A stretch of 64,000 bases of DNA from Azorhizobium sp. AG788 (GCA_943369575.1 CALRNP020000001.1:1129-65128), one strand, 5' to 3'. Counted from the stretch's first letter, positions 53,526 through 63,289 are shown. Made by a program: numbers and translations. Notes: generated by a model not told the origin, from the sequence alone.

Positions 53526-53990
53526 TCACGCGTGCGGCACCGGAGTGGTGGTCAGAGCCGCGGCCAGCAATAGGGCGGCATCCGCTCCTGGCGGGACTGC
53601 GATGCGTGAAACCGTTATTCCGTCGAGAGTTACGCTGGTCTCCTCAAGGGCAGGAAGGCGACTGGCCACTGCTGCCGAAAGGTCAACAACGATGTTCACC
53701 TTCACAGAAAAAAGATGGGGAACCCGCCGCAAACCCAGGTGCCGGACCTCAATGATGCCGGCGAGGGCATCGGGCGCCCGCGCAGTGAGCGTGCCTTGTG
53801 CAGCTTCCAGTAGCACTCGGTCGTCGGCAACAAACTCCGCGTGCGGCAGGATGCGCGGAGGATCCAGCATCAGCCGCAGCGCCAACAGCGACTTGCCCGC
53901 CCCGGAAGGCCCTCGGATCAGCACCCCATGCTCGCCGACCCGCACGCAACTGGCGTGGATGCTGGGGGTGGAGGGGCGTACGTTCGGCAT
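53526..53990 (-). CDS. hprK: HPr kinase/phosphorylase, short alphaproteobacterial form lacking the N-terminal domain
   Basis: 154 aa with P-loop GPSGAGKS followed by ...ADD...G.IEVRHLG. It sits between chvG and EIIA(Man), as is typical in alphaproteobacteria. Confidence 0.8.
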   Translation of the reverse strand: MPNVRPSTPSIHASCVRVGEHGVLIRGPSGAGKSLLALRLMLDPPRILPHAEFVADDRVLLEAAQGTLTARAPDALAGIIEVRHLGLRRVPHLFSVKVNIVVDLSAAVASRLPALEETSVTLDGITVSRIAVPPGADAALLLAAALTTTPVPHA

Positions 53991-53995
53991 GGCGC

Positions 53996-55822
53996 TCAGT
54001 TGTTGGGCAGGCGAACGATGAAGCGGGCCCCCAACACCGGCGCGTCCTCGCCGGTGGCGCCGGGGTCTACGCGGTTTTCCGCCCAGATCTGGCCGCCATG
54101 GGCTTCGACGATCTGCTTGGAGATGGACAGGCCAAGACCGGAGTTCTGGCCGAAGCCCTGATGCGGCCGGTCGGTGTAGAAGCGCTCAAAGATGCGCGCG
54201 AGGGCATCGGGGCGGATGCCCGGCCCCTCATCCTCGACCACGATCTCCGCCCCGCTTTTCAGCCGGCGGCACATCACCCGCACCGTGCCACCTTCCGGCG
54301 AGAAGGAGCGGGCGTTGGAAACCAGATTGTCCACCACCTGGCCCAGGCGCGAGGCATGCCCAGCCAGTTCGAAGTCCATCGGCGCACCGGCCGCCCGGTC
54401 GAAGCTCAGCCGGACCTTCACGCCGTCATCCTTGCGCACGTCCTGCGCCATGCCGACCACCATCTCCAGCAATTGCCTGAGATCGACGCTGACCGCTTCC
54501 TGACGCTGGAGTTCGGCGTCGAGGCGGCTGGCATCGGAGATATCCGAAATCAGCCGGTCGAGGCGCTTCACGTCGTGCTGGATCACATCCAGCAGGCGTC
54601 CGCGGGAGACATCATTCTTCGCCAGCGGCAGGGTTTCCACCGCCGAGCGCAAAGAGGTGAGGGGGTTCTTGAGTTCATGGGCCACGTCGGCGGCGAAGCT
54701 CTCGATGGCCTCGATGCGGTTGTAGAGCGCCGATGTCATATCGCGCAAAGCCCCGGAGAGATGGCCGATCTCGTCGGAACGGGCGGTGAAATCCGGGATC
54801 TCCACCCGCGACTTGATTCGCCGGCGCACCCGCTCGGCCGCATCCGCCAGCTTGCGCACCGGATCGGCGATGGTGCCGGCCAGCAGCACCGAAACCAGCA
54901 CCATGACCGCCGCCGCCACCAGGAACACCCGCACGATCACGAAGCGCTCGGCTTCCACCGCCTCGTCGATCTCGCCGCCCTGGGTGGACAGCAGCAGCAC
55001 GCCGAGGATGGCGCGGAAGCGCTGGATCGGCACCGCCACCGAGACCACCACCCGGCCGCGATCATCCACCCGCACCGCACTGGCCTTCTGGCCCAAAGCA
55101 GCGGAGGCGACTTCGGGATATTCCTTGCCGCTCTGCGGCCCGAATTCCTTGTAGAGCGGCAGGTCGCCGCGGCCGATCCAGCCCTGCAGCCCGCGCCAGG
55201 CCCGTTCCAGCAGGCCGGGAGGAGCCTGAGTGGGGGGCGGCAGGTCGAAGCGCAGGATCTCGCCCTTGGAATAGAGCGAGCGCGAATCCAGCAGCATGAT
55301 GCCTTCGCGGTCATAGATCCGCGCCCGCGTACGGGTGGGGCCCACCAGGCGGCGCAGAACCGGAGCGACGCGCTCAGGATTGATGGGGAATTCCAGAGGC
55401 GCGAAGCCCTCTTCGCTGGCGCCGTAGCTCTCGCCCGCCTGCAGTTCCAGCAACCGCTCGGGGTCGATGGTGATGGCGTTGGTTTCCACCTGGGCCGAGG
55501 CGGCGATGGCGCCGGCGATGATCTCGCCCTGCACCAGCAGGCTCTGCACCCGGGCGTCGATCAGACCGGCGCGGAATTCGGACAGGTAAAGGATGCCCGA
55601 GACCAGCGCGCACAGGCCGGCCAGGTTGAGCAGAACGATACGGCGAGTGAGGCTGGAGAAGCTCTTGAGCGCCACGAACCGGCGGGCGCGACGCAGCGCC
55701 GACAGGATACCAAGTCCCCGACGGGCGGGGGCTTGGGCGCTCGTGTGCTGGTCCGCGGCGTCGGTCATGTCATATGGCGACCCGCGCCCGCCTTCAGGCT
55801 TCCTTGAAGCGATAGCCGACAC
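53996..55822 (-). CDS. chvG: Sensor histidine kinase ChvG (ExoS/BvrS orthologue)
   Basis: Two TM segments flank a large periplasmic domain, followed by HAMP, H-box [17 protein letters not shown]-box VVDNLVSNA, and DEGPGI / GLGLSI. It is immediately downstream of chvI. A GTG start at 55822 overlaps chvI; the alternative is ATG 55768. Confidence 0.8.
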   Translation of the reverse strand: MSAIASRKPEGGRGSPYDMTDAADQHTSAQAPARRGLGILSALRRARRFVALKSFSSLTRRIVLLNLAGLCALVSGILYLSEFRAGLIDARVQSLLVQGEIIAGAIAASAQVETNAITIDPERLLELQAGESYGASEEGFAPLEFPINPERVAPVLRRLVGPTRTRARIYDREGIMLLDSRSLYSKGEILRFDLPPPTQAPPGLLERAWRGLQGWIGRGDLPLYKEFGPQSGKEYPEVASAALGQKASAVRVDDRGRVVVSVAVPIQRFRAILGVLLLSTQGGEIDEAVEAERFVIVRVFLVAAAVMVLVSVLLAGTIADPVRKLADAAERVRRRIKSRVEIPDFTARSDEIGHLSGALRDMTSALYNRIEAIESFAADVAHELKNPLTSLRSAVETLPLAKNDVSRGRLLDVIQHDVKRLDRLISDISDASRLDAELQRQEAVSVDLRQLLEMVVGMAQDVRKDDGVKVRLSFDRAAGAPMDFELAGHASRLGQVVDNLVSNARSFSPEGGTVRVMCRRLKSGAEIVVEDEGPGIRPDALARIFERFYTDRPHQGFGQNSGLGLSISKQIVEAHGGQIWAENRVDPGATGEDAPVLGARFIVRLPNN

Positions 55823-56495
55823 CGTAAAGGGTTTCGATCATGTCGAAATTGTCGTCGGTGGATTTGAACTTCTTGCGCAGCCGCTTGATGTGGCTGTCGA
55901 TGGTGCGGTCGTCCACATAGACCTGGTCGTCATAGGCCGCGTCCATCAAAGCGTTGCGGCTCTTGACCACGCCGGGGCGCTGGGCGAGCGCCTGGAGGAT
56001 CAGGAATTCGGTGACGGTGAGGGTCACCGGATCATTCTTCCAGGTGCAGGTGTGGCGCTCGGGATCCATGCGCAACAGGCCGCGCTCCAGCACCTTGGCG
56101 CTGTCGGTCTCGCGCGGCACGGTGCCGTCCTTGGCCGCCACGCGGCGCAGCACCGCCTTGACGCGTTCCACCAGCAGGCGCTGGGAGAAGGGCTTCTTGA
56201 TGAAGTCGTCGGCGCCCATCTTGAGGCCGAACAATTCGTCGATCTCCTCATCCTTGGAGGTGAGGAAGATAACCGGCATGTCGGTCTTCTGGCGCAGGCG
56301 GCGCAGCAGTTCCATGCCGTCCATGCGCGGCATCTTGATGTCGAGGATGGCGAGATCGGGCGGATTGGTCTTGAACCCATCCAGCGCCGAGGCCCCGTCG
56401 GTGTAGGTATCGATGCGATAGCCTTCCGCTTCCAGGGCGATGGAGACGGAGGTCAGGATATTGCGATCGTCGTCGACGAGGGCGATAGTGGGCAT
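55794..56495 (-). CDS. chvI: OmpR-family response regulator ChvI (BvrR orthologue)
   Basis: [41 protein letters not shown]...[18 protein letters not shown] is the receiver domain, and the C-terminal winged helix ends ...[13 protein letters not shown]. It is divergent from pckA, the classic synteny. Confidence 0.85.
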   Translation of the reverse strand: MPTIALVDDDRNILTSVSIALEAEGYRIDTYTDGASALDGFKTNPPDLAILDIKMPRMDGMELLRRLRQKTDMPVIFLTSKDEEIDELFGLKMGADDFIKKPFSQRLLVERVKAVLRRVAAKDGTVPRETDSAKVLERGLLRMDPERHTCTWKNDPVTLTVTEFLILQALAQRPGVVKSRNALMDAAYDDQVYVDDRTIDSHIKRLRKKFKSTDDNFDMIETLYGVGYRFKEA

Positions 56496-56514
56496 GACAC
56501 CTCTTTCAAGCGTC

Positions 56515-56538
56515 GGGTCGGTCCGGCGGGTCGGTCCG
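56515..56538. repeat. Tandem direct repeat GGGTCGGTCCG-GC-GGGTCGGTCCG in the chvI 5' leader/promoter
   Basis: Read directly from the sequence. Two perfect 11-mers with 13-bp periodicity, 20-43 bp upstream of the chvI ATG. Confidence 0.6.
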
Positions 56539-56669
56539 TCTTCACGGCCTCGTGGGGTGAAGCCGGTTTGCGTGGCCGAAATGTGACACCGCGCATTTTT
56601 CGTACGGTAAAATAGCTGGAAAACCTTGAGTCGCCAATGCGGATCACGGCCAAGGCTGATTTCGGTCGC

Positions 56670-56912
56670 TCAAGCGCCTTCGCGCTCCCGCCGGCTGCGG
56701 TAGCGCAGCGTCGTTGCCGCAGCGCCATAGCTGGCCACGCAATAGGGCACCGCATAGGTCAGCGCCACCTTGCCCCACATCACGCTTGCGCCAGTCCACA
56801 GCGCATCGCCCTGGTTGATCAGATTGAGCGCTGTGCCCACCACGGCCGCCACCACCAGGGAGCGGCGGGGAATGCCGTCGGAAACCGCCGCCTTGAGAAG
56901 GGGTGCCAGCAT
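56670..56912 (-). CDS. Small membrane protein, NrtS-like (putative nitrate/nitrite transporter family)
   Basis: 80 aa. VVAAVVGTALNLINQGDALW...KVALTYAVPYCVASYG matches my recollection of the NrtS family pattern. The assignment is tentative. Confidence 0.5.
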   Translation of the reverse strand: MLAPLLKAAVSDGIPRRSLVVAAVVGTALNLINQGDALWTGASVMWGKVALTYAVPYCVASYGAAATTLRYRSRREREGA

Positions 56913-57084
56913 GGCGCCTCGCGCGTCCGAAGAAGGAGCGCCAGCTTAACATTGGGCGGCGCGGGCTCGCGTGGCTGATTTATAGGCGCGCCCTGCCGGC
57001 CCTCCGCAATGCCCCGCGCTTGACAGGGCCGGGGGCGGCTTGGCGATGTGGGCGCACGGTCGCAGGGCCAAGGGGAGATCAACC

Positions 57085-57816
57085 GTGGGTGAAGCTGTTG
57101 CGCATGCAAGCGTTGTGATCCGCCGCCTGATGCGGGAGGCCCGCTTCGGGGCCTTGGGCACGCTGGAGGCAGACGGGGCGCCTTATGCCTCCCTGGTGGC
57201 GGTGGCGCCTGATGCGGAGGGGGCGCCGGTGCTGCTGATGTCGGGCCTCGCCCGCCATACCCGCAATCTCCAGCGTGACCCGCGCGCTTCGCTGCTGCTG
57301 GCCACCGGCGCCTCGGGCGATCCTTTAAATGCCCCCCGCGCCAGCCTATTGGGGCGGATCGCGGCGACGCCAGATGCCGAGGCCCGGGCCCGCTTCCTGG
57401 CCCGCCATCCGGAGGCCGCGCAATATGCCGACTTTACCGATTTCGCCTTCTATCGCCTGGACTTGCGCGAGGCGCATCTGGTGGAGGGGTTCGGGCGCAT
57501 CGTCACCTTGCCGGCCTCTGGCCTGCTCACCTCCTGGGAGGGCGCCGATGCGGTGCGGGCGGCGGTGGCGGGCGTGGTCGAGCATATGAATGCCGACCAT
57601 GCCGATGCGGTGGCGCTCTATGCCACCCGCCTTTTGGGCGAGCCGGAGAGCCCGGATGTGGTCTGGCGAATGGTCGGCCTGGATCCGGAAGGCTGCGAGA
57701 TCGCCACCGGCGGGACGGTGCGGCGGCTGGAATTTCCGCAGCGCGTGACAGATGTTGCTGCGGTGCGGCAAGTTTTGGTGGCGCTCGTAACGCAAGCGCG
57801 AACGACGATAAAATGA
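57085..57816 (+). CDS. HugZ/HutZ-like pyridoxamine-5'-phosphate-oxidase-fold protein with a DUF2470-type C-domain
   Basis: RRLMREARFGALGTLEADGAPYASLVAVAPD...RHTRNLQRDPRASLLL is the PNPOx-like split barrel. The C-terminal VVEHMNADHADAVALYA is the DUF2470 motif. The GTG at 57085 has SD GGGGAG. Confidence 0.7.
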   Translation: MGEAVAHASVVIRRLMREARFGALGTLEADGAPYASLVAVAPDAEGAPVLLMSGLARHTRNLQRDPRASLLLATGASGDPLNAPRASLLGRIAATPDAEARARFLARHPEAAQYADFTDFAFYRLDLREAHLVEGFGRIVTLPASGLLTSWEGADAVRAAVAGVVEHMNADHADAVALYATRLLGEPESPDVVWRMVGLDPEGCEIATGGTVRRLEFPQRVTDVAAVRQVLVALVTQARTTIK

Positions 57817-57942
57817 GCTTTCAAACGATTTGAAGCAGTTCACAAGAAGAACAGCGCGCCGTAACGTCACCTCTTCAGAGCCGCTCCGTCCCGGACCGGA
57901 CAGGCACGCGCCGCGTTACGCAGCGCTCGAAGGAGGCGATCC

Positions 57943-59556
57943 GTGATCGAGACAGGACACCGCAACAGCGCCGTGGGCGCGGAAAGCTTCGGCCTGAACA
58001 ATCTCGCCGGGGTGCATTGGAACCTGACGGAGCCGCTCCTCTATGAGCACGCCATCGCCAAGGGCGAGGCGCAACTGGCCGCCGGTGGGGCATTGGCCGC
58101 CAATACCGGCGTACACACCGGCCGCAGCCCCAAGGATAAGTTCGTGGTGCGCGATGCCGCCACCGAGGGCGAGGTGTGGTGGGATAATAACGGCGCCATC
58201 ACCCCGCAGCAGTTCGATCTGCTGCATGCGGATTTTCTAAAATGCGCCGAAGGCAAGACGCTGTTCGCCCAGGATCTCTACGGTGGCGCCGACCCGGCCA
58301 GCCGGATCAAGACCCGCGTCTATACCGAATATGCCTGGCACTCGCTGTTCATCCGCACCATGCTGCGCCGGCCGCCGCGGGAAGATCTGGCCGGCTTCGT
58401 GCCGGAAATGACCATCATCGATTTGCCCAGCTTCAAGGCGGATCCCGCCCGCCACGGGGTGCGCAGCGATACGGTGATCGCGGTGGATTTCAAGCGCGGC
58501 ATCGTTCTGATCGGCAATTCATCTTATGCCGGCGAGATGAAGAAGTCGGTCTTTACTTTCCTCAACTACCTCCTGCCCGCCAAGGGCATCATGCCCATGC
58601 ATTGCTCGGCCAATGCGGGCAAGGATGGCGATGTGGCGCTGTTCTTCGGTCTGTCAGGCACCGGCAAGACCACTTTGTCCGCCGACCCCGCCCGCACCCT
58701 GCTGGGCGATGATGAACATGGCTGGAGCGAGGCCGGCGTGTTCAATTTCGAGGGTGGTTGTTATGCCAAGACCATCCGCTTGTCCAAGGAGGCCGAGCCG
58801 GAAATCTTCGCCGCTTCGGATCGTTTCGGGACGATACTTGAGAATGTCATCCTGGATGAGGTCACCCGCGTCCCGGACTTCGATGACGGTCGGCTGACCG
58901 AGAACACCCGCTCGGCCTATCCTCTGGACTTCATCCCCAATGCCAGCCCCACCGGGCGGGCAGGAATTCCCAAGAATATCATCATGTTGACGGCGGATGC
59001 GTTCGGCGTGATGCCGCCCATCGCCCGCCTCACCCCGGCCCAGGCCATGTACCATTTCCTCTCCGGCTACACCGCCAAGGTGGCGGGCACCGAGAAGGGG
59101 GTGAAGGACCCGGAGGCGACCTTCTCCACCTGCTTTGGCGCCCCCTTCATGCCCAGGCATCCCTCGGTTTATGGCAATATGCTCAGGGACTTGATCGCCA
59201 GGTTCGAGGTGGATTGCTGGCTGGTGAACACCGGCTGGACCGGGGGCAAGTTCGGCGAGGGCCGCCGCATGCCGATCAAGGTCACCCGCACCCTGCTGAC
59301 CGCCGCCTTGGACGGCTCGCTCAAGGGGGCGGCGACCCGCACCGATCCTTATTTCGGCTTCCAGGTGCCGACCTCGGTGCCGGGCATCGAGCCGCATATC
59401 CTTTATCCGTCAAAGACTTGGGCGGACAAGGCGGCGTTTGATGCCACCGCACGGCGGCTGGTCTCCATGTTCCAGGAGAACTTCGCCAAGTTCGAATCCC
59501 ACGTGGACGCCGCTGTGCGCGAGGCCCAGCCGCAGGTGCGCATCGCCGCCGAATGA
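57943..59556 (+). CDS. pckA: Phosphoenolpyruvate carboxykinase (ATP)
   Basis: 537 aa with GRSPKDKF, kinase-1a [17 protein letters not shown] and NTGWTGG. SD GGAGG precedes the GTG at 57943. Confidence 0.95.
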   Translation: MIETGHRNSAVGAESFGLNNLAGVHWNLTEPLLYEHAIAKGEAQLAAGGALAANTGVHTGRSPKDKFVVRDAATEGEVWWDNNGAITPQQFDLLHADFLKCAEGKTLFAQDLYGGADPASRIKTRVYTEYAWHSLFIRTMLRRPPREDLAGFVPEMTIIDLPSFKADPARHGVRSDTVIAVDFKRGIVLIGNSSYAGEMKKSVFTFLNYLLPAKGIMPMHCSANAGKDGDVALFFGLSGTGKTTLSADPARTLLGDDEHGWSEAGVFNFEGGCYAKTIRLSKEAEPEIFAASDRFGTILENVILDEVTRVPDFDDGRLTENTRSAYPLDFIPNASPTGRAGIPKNIIMLTADAFGVMPPIARLTPAQAMYHFLSGYTAKVAGTEKGVKDPEATFSTCFGAPFMPRHPSVYGNMLRDLIARFEVDCWLVNTGWTGGKFGEGRRMPIKVTRTLLTAALDGSLKGAATRTDPYFGFQVPTSVPGIEPHILYPSKTWADKAAFDATARRLVSMFQENFAKFESHVDAAVREAQPQVRIAAE

Positions 59557-59672
59557 TCCGGCGGCAAGGTCGCTGGTCGCCGTCATCGCCCGCCGTTCGC
59601 GGTGGGCGGTGACACAGCGTGTCGTACGACAGTGCCATGTGTATCGCCCCGCAATTCCCCGCATGCGCCACC

Positions 59673-59684
59673 GTCGCATGCGAC
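59673..59684. repeat. Perfect 12-bp palindrome GTCGCATGCGAC with a related copy CGTCGCATGACG at 59701-59712
   Basis: Read directly from the sequence, inside the 461-bp non-coding pckA/MFS spacer. Confidence 0.6.
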
Positions 59685-60017
59685 AGATTTCGGCACCGTC
59701 CGTCGCATGACGGAAGGGGGAGGGGTGGCGGCCGCCCGCGTCCCTCCGTCCCGTATCCCCGTCCTCTGTCACGCGTCACGCGGCCCTTGTCATCCCCGGC
59801 CGCTCGACCAGCATTCGCCCGGCCCGCGCTCCGCGCTATGAGCCGGCCTGCCAACTGCCCCGTCCTCCCCCTGCGCTGCGCTTGCCGCAGCGCCCCGACC
59901 GGGCTTTGCACTTTTGTGCCACCTCCTCTAACGGCATCCTGGAACCGTCGTTGAAGCGTCGCGTTGAAGGCGGCAGCTTTGCAATAGGGCCGCGCTGCCG
60001 CCCGACGGGATGGTTCG

Positions 60018-61313
60018 ATGACGACAGATGATGCCGCGCTTCTGCATCCCGGCCCGGCAGGGCGACGAGCGGCGACGCTCCCGGCCGCCCCGGCCCCATC
60101 CCGCCATGCCCGTGCCCTCGGGCTGCTGAACTTCTTCCTTGCGGATGTGCGCGATGGGCTGGGGCCGTTTCTCGGCATCTTCCTGGTGGGCAAGGGCTGG
60201 GCGCCCGATGCCATCGGCTATGTGATGACCCTGGGCGGCCTCGCCGGCATGCTCGCCACCACGCCGCTGGGGATGCTGGCGGATGCCACCCACGCCAAGC
60301 GGATGATCGTGGCGGTCTCTGCCGTGCTGGTGGTGGCGGGCTCGCTCATCCTGCTGGTGTGGCCCATCGGCCCGCTGGTGGCCTTCTCGCAGGTGGCGAC
60401 CGGCGTGGCGGGGGCGGCCATCGGCCCGGCCATCGCCGGCCTCACTCTGGGGCTGGTGGGTCAGGCGGGGCTGCCGGCGCAATTGGGCCGCAACGAGGCC
60501 TGGAACCATGCCGGCAACTTTGCCGCCGCCGCCTTGGCGGGCATCTTCGGCTATCTCTACGGCATCGCCGCGGTGTTCGTGCTCATGGGGCTGATGGCGC
60601 TGGGCTCGCTGGTGGCGCTGAGCCTGATCCGGCCGCGGGACATCGACCATGACGTCGCCCGCGGCCTGGAGGCGGGGACGCCGGCCGGGGCGCATGTACC
60701 CAATGTCGCCGTGCTGCTGCGCTCGGCGCCGCTGCTGGTGCTGGCGGGCACCTTGATGCTGTTTCACTTCGGCAATGCCGCCATGCTGCCGCTGCTGAGC
60801 CAGGCGGTGGCCACCGCCGGCACCTTTGATCCCGCCGCTTATGCGGCGCTCACTGTCATCATTGCCCAACTGGTCATGATCCCCATGGCGCTGCTGGCCG
60901 CCCGGCTGGCGGAGACGCGGGGCTATTGGATCGTGCTGGTGCTGGCGCTGGCGGCGCTGCCGCTCCGGGGCGCCATCGCCGGCTTGTGGGCCAGCCCCTG
61001 GGCGATGATCCCGGTGCAGATCCTCGATGGCGTCGGCGCCGGCCTGCTGGGGGTGGCGACGCCGGGGCTGGTGGCGCGCATCCTGCGCGGCTCAGGCCAT
61101 GTGAATGCCGGGCTCGGCGGGGTCATGACCTTGCAGGGGGTGGGCGCGGCGCTCAGCCCGGCGGTGGCGGGGCTGGTGGCGGCCCACTTCGGCTATGGCG
61201 TCGCCTTCCTGTTCCTCGGCAGCGCCGCCATCTTCGGATTGGTGCTGTGGGTGGCGGCGACGCCGCTGGTGCGCGCCGCCTGCGCCGCCCCCGTTAGCGC
61301 ACATTCCCCTTGA
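60018..61313 (+). CDS. MFS transporter
   Basis: 431 aa with about 12 hydrophobic segments, and an MFS loop motif region (PLGMLADATHAKR, LAARLAETRG). Confidence 0.85.
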   Translation: MTTDDAALLHPGPAGRRAATLPAAPAPSRHARALGLLNFFLADVRDGLGPFLGIFLVGKGWAPDAIGYVMTLGGLAGMLATTPLGMLADATHAKRMIVAVSAVLVVAGSLILLVWPIGPLVAFSQVATGVAGAAIGPAIAGLTLGLVGQAGLPAQLGRNEAWNHAGNFAAAALAGIFGYLYGIAAVFVLMGLMALGSLVALSLIRPRDIDHDVARGLEAGTPAGAHVPNVAVLLRSAPLLVLAGTLMLFHFGNAAMLPLLSQAVATAGTFDPAAYAALTVIIAQLVMIPMALLAARLAETRGYWIVLVLALAALPLRGAIAGLWASPWAMIPVQILDGVGAGLLGVATPGLVARILRGSGHVNAGLGGVMTLQGVGAALSPAVAGLVAAHFGYGVAFLFLGSAAIFGLVLWVAATPLVRAACAAPVSAHSP

Positions 61314-61505
61314 CCATGAATGGGAGCAGCGGCATGTGTCGAAACATGCTCAGGAACGAGACCATTTTTGATCGACGCCGACGCCGCTGCACCCCAGCTG
61401 CGGCTCTTCCGGCTGCGCGTCGATCAGCGTCCGTCCGCATGGGGATGGCCTCACTGTAGGCCCCACCCGCCGGAGCGGACCTGACCCGCGTTCCTGAACC
61501 CCCGC

Positions 61506-61532
61506 AGCCCCCGGCTCCGGGGGTTTTATTTT
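61506..61532 (+). terminator. Strong Rho-independent terminator
   Basis: CCCCCG-gctc-CGGGGG, extendable by A-U and G-U pairs, followed by TTTTATTTT. It ends 27 nt before the argC ATG and about 195 nt after the MFS stop. Confidence 0.7.
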
Positions 61533-61558
61533 GCCTAAATTCCAGAAGGATACCCACC

Positions 61559-62536
61559 ATGAGCATGCGCGTCGGCATTGTCGGAATCAGCGGTTTTGGC
61601 GGCGGCGAAGCGATGCGCCTGATCGCAAGCCACCCGTCGTTCGAACTGGTCTACGCCGCCGGCGAGGGCAGCGCCGGCAGCCGTCTGGTGGACCGCTTCC
61701 CCGGTGTGCCGGCCAAGCTGGCCGAACTGGTGATCGAGAAGTGGGATCCTGCGACCTTGCCGAAGCTCGACGTGCTGTTCGCGTCGCTGCCCACGGGCGC
61801 TTCGGCCGAGGCGCTGGCGCGGGTGTCCAAGGACGTGAAGATCGTCGATATCGGCGGCGACCACCGCTACGTCGCGGGCTGGGCGTACGGCCTGGCCGAC
61901 GTCTGGCCTGCCCAGATCGCGGGCCAGACCCGTATTGCCAACCCCGGCTGCTTCCCCGCCGCGACGCTGACCGCGCTGGCGCCGCTGCTGGCCAACAAGC
62001 TGATTGAGCCGGGCAACATCGTGATCGACGCCAAGACCGGCATCTCCGGTGCCGGCCGGGGCAGCGCCGACAGCAAGTTCAGCTACGCCGAGAGCAATGA
62101 GAACTTGGTGCCCTACGGCCTGCTCAAGCATGTCCACATGCCCGAGATGGCCAAGACGATCGAGCAGCTCAGCGGTGGCAGCGCCGCCGGGCTGGTGTTC
62201 ACGCCGCACCTGGTGCCGATGACGCGCGGCGTCCTCGCCACCATCTACTGCCGCGGCAGCGCCACCACGGAGCAGTGCCTGGACGCGGCCCGGCGCTTCT
62301 ACGCCGGGCGGGCGTTCGTGCGCGTGACCGACAAGCCGCCGCAGACCAAATGGGCTACGGGCTCGAACCTGGCATTTGTCAGCTATGCGGCCGATCCAGA
62401 GCGCAACTTGGTGATGGCGATGGGCGTGGTCGACAATCTTGGCAAGGGAGCGGCCGGGCAGGCGGTGCAGAATGCCAATTTGATCTGCGGCCTGCCTGAA
62501 ACGGCAGGGCTGGATGGCGCACCTGTGTGGCCGTGA
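61559..62536 (+). CDS. argC: N-acetyl-gamma-glutamyl-phosphate reductase
   Basis: 325 aa with VGIVGISGFGGGEAMRLIASHP, the catalytic Cys in ANPGCFPAA, AKTGISGAGR and VPMTRG. Confidence 0.85.
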   Translation: MSMRVGIVGISGFGGGEAMRLIASHPSFELVYAAGEGSAGSRLVDRFPGVPAKLAELVIEKWDPATLPKLDVLFASLPTGASAEALARVSKDVKIVDIGGDHRYVAGWAYGLADVWPAQIAGQTRIANPGCFPAATLTALAPLLANKLIEPGNIVIDAKTGISGAGRGSADSKFSYAESNENLVPYGLLKHVHMPEMAKTIEQLSGGSAAGLVFTPHLVPMTRGVLATIYCRGSATTEQCLDAARRFYAGRAFVRVTDKPPQTKWATGSNLAFVSYAADPERNLVMAMGVVDNLGKGAAGQAVQNANLICGLPETAGLDGAPVWP

Positions 62537-62546
62537 AGACGACGGG

Positions 62547-62578
62547 CCTCCAGACAGCAATTCGCTCGGCTCTGGAGG
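62547..62578 (+). terminator. Hairpin CCTCCAGA-N16-TCTGGAGG after argC
   Basis: 8-bp perfect stem starting 11 nt after the argC stop, followed only by TT. A second 9-bp hairpin, ATCCCCGGA-tcacg-TCCGGGGAT, is at 62602-62624. Confidence 0.35.
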
Positions 62579-62713
62579 TTCGGTCCGGCGGCGCCGCGTG
62601 GATCCCCGGATCACGTCCGGGGATGACGGTCGTCTGTTGCAAGACGGGCCGCGCGAGAGGCCGGCGCCGAGCTCTGCTTTACTGCCCCACGGCCGAAACC
62701 GGGCAGCCCTCAT

Positions 62714-62986
62714 TCAGCGGGCTGGGGTGCAATTCGCGTCCGGGGTAAAGTCGGAGGTACCGTAGCTGCCGGGCTCCAGGAAGCGCAGCGAGGTGGCCAT
62801 GGGCTCGCCGGGGCTGCGGCTGGTGCAGGCGGGTTGGGCGGCGGGGGTCACGGACACCGAGCCACGCTCCAGCACTTCCGCCAGCGGGGCGCTGGTTTCC
62901 GGCGCGGCGGCCCGCCCCAGATCGCCGAAGATCGCCGCGCTGGCCGCAACCACCAGACCACCCAGAACCACCATGTCCAATCGCAT
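62714..62986 (-). CDS. Hypothetical small exported or membrane-anchored protein
   Basis: 90 aa from ATG 62986, starting MRLDMVVLGGLVVAASAAIFG (hydrophobic N-terminus). It contains two Cys. I recognise no family. Confidence 0.4.
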   Translation of the reverse strand: MRLDMVVLGGLVVAASAAIFGDLGRAAAPETSAPLAEVLERGSVSVTPAAQPACTSRSPGEPMATSLRFLEPGSYGTSDFTPDANCTPAR

Positions 62987-63022
62987 CTCGCTCTCCGTCG
63001 ACCCCCCGATGAAGAATATCCC

Positions 63023-63049
63023 GCATCGCAACATAATATCTTGCGATGC
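63023..63049. promoter_or_regulatory. Inverted repeat GCATCGCAA-N9-TTGCGATGC upstream of the 62986 gene
   Basis: 9-bp perfect arms with an AT-rich spacer (cataatatc), 37-63 bp upstream of the start codon on the minus strand. Confidence 0.35.
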
Positions 63050-63289
63050 ACAATGTTCCCGGCGTCATGGCAATCGGCTCTGCCCTGTGCCCGGCGCAGA
63101 GCTGAGGCGCGGCGGTGGCGGCGCCGGGCGAGGAGCCGTGGGAACGGCGCGACGTGCCAAATCAAGGGGCGCCGGGCCTCGGCGAGGCGGCACGAGCGCT
63201 GTCCGGGCGCATGGGCGTCGCTGCATCGCAGCGCGCTGCGCGGTTCCAGATGCATTGTGGCGCGAGGCTGGAACTGCTAAAAATCCGTC

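Noticed and set aside
53798-55807. 669-aa plus-strand ORF
   Set aside because: It is antisense to chvG, which has clear HAMP/HisKA/HATPase motifs. This is a shadow ORF.
59619-59954. 111-aa ORF in the pckA/MFS spacer
   Set aside because: The translation is Pro/Arg/Ala-rich low-complexity with no SD, so the region is better explained as structured non-coding DNA.
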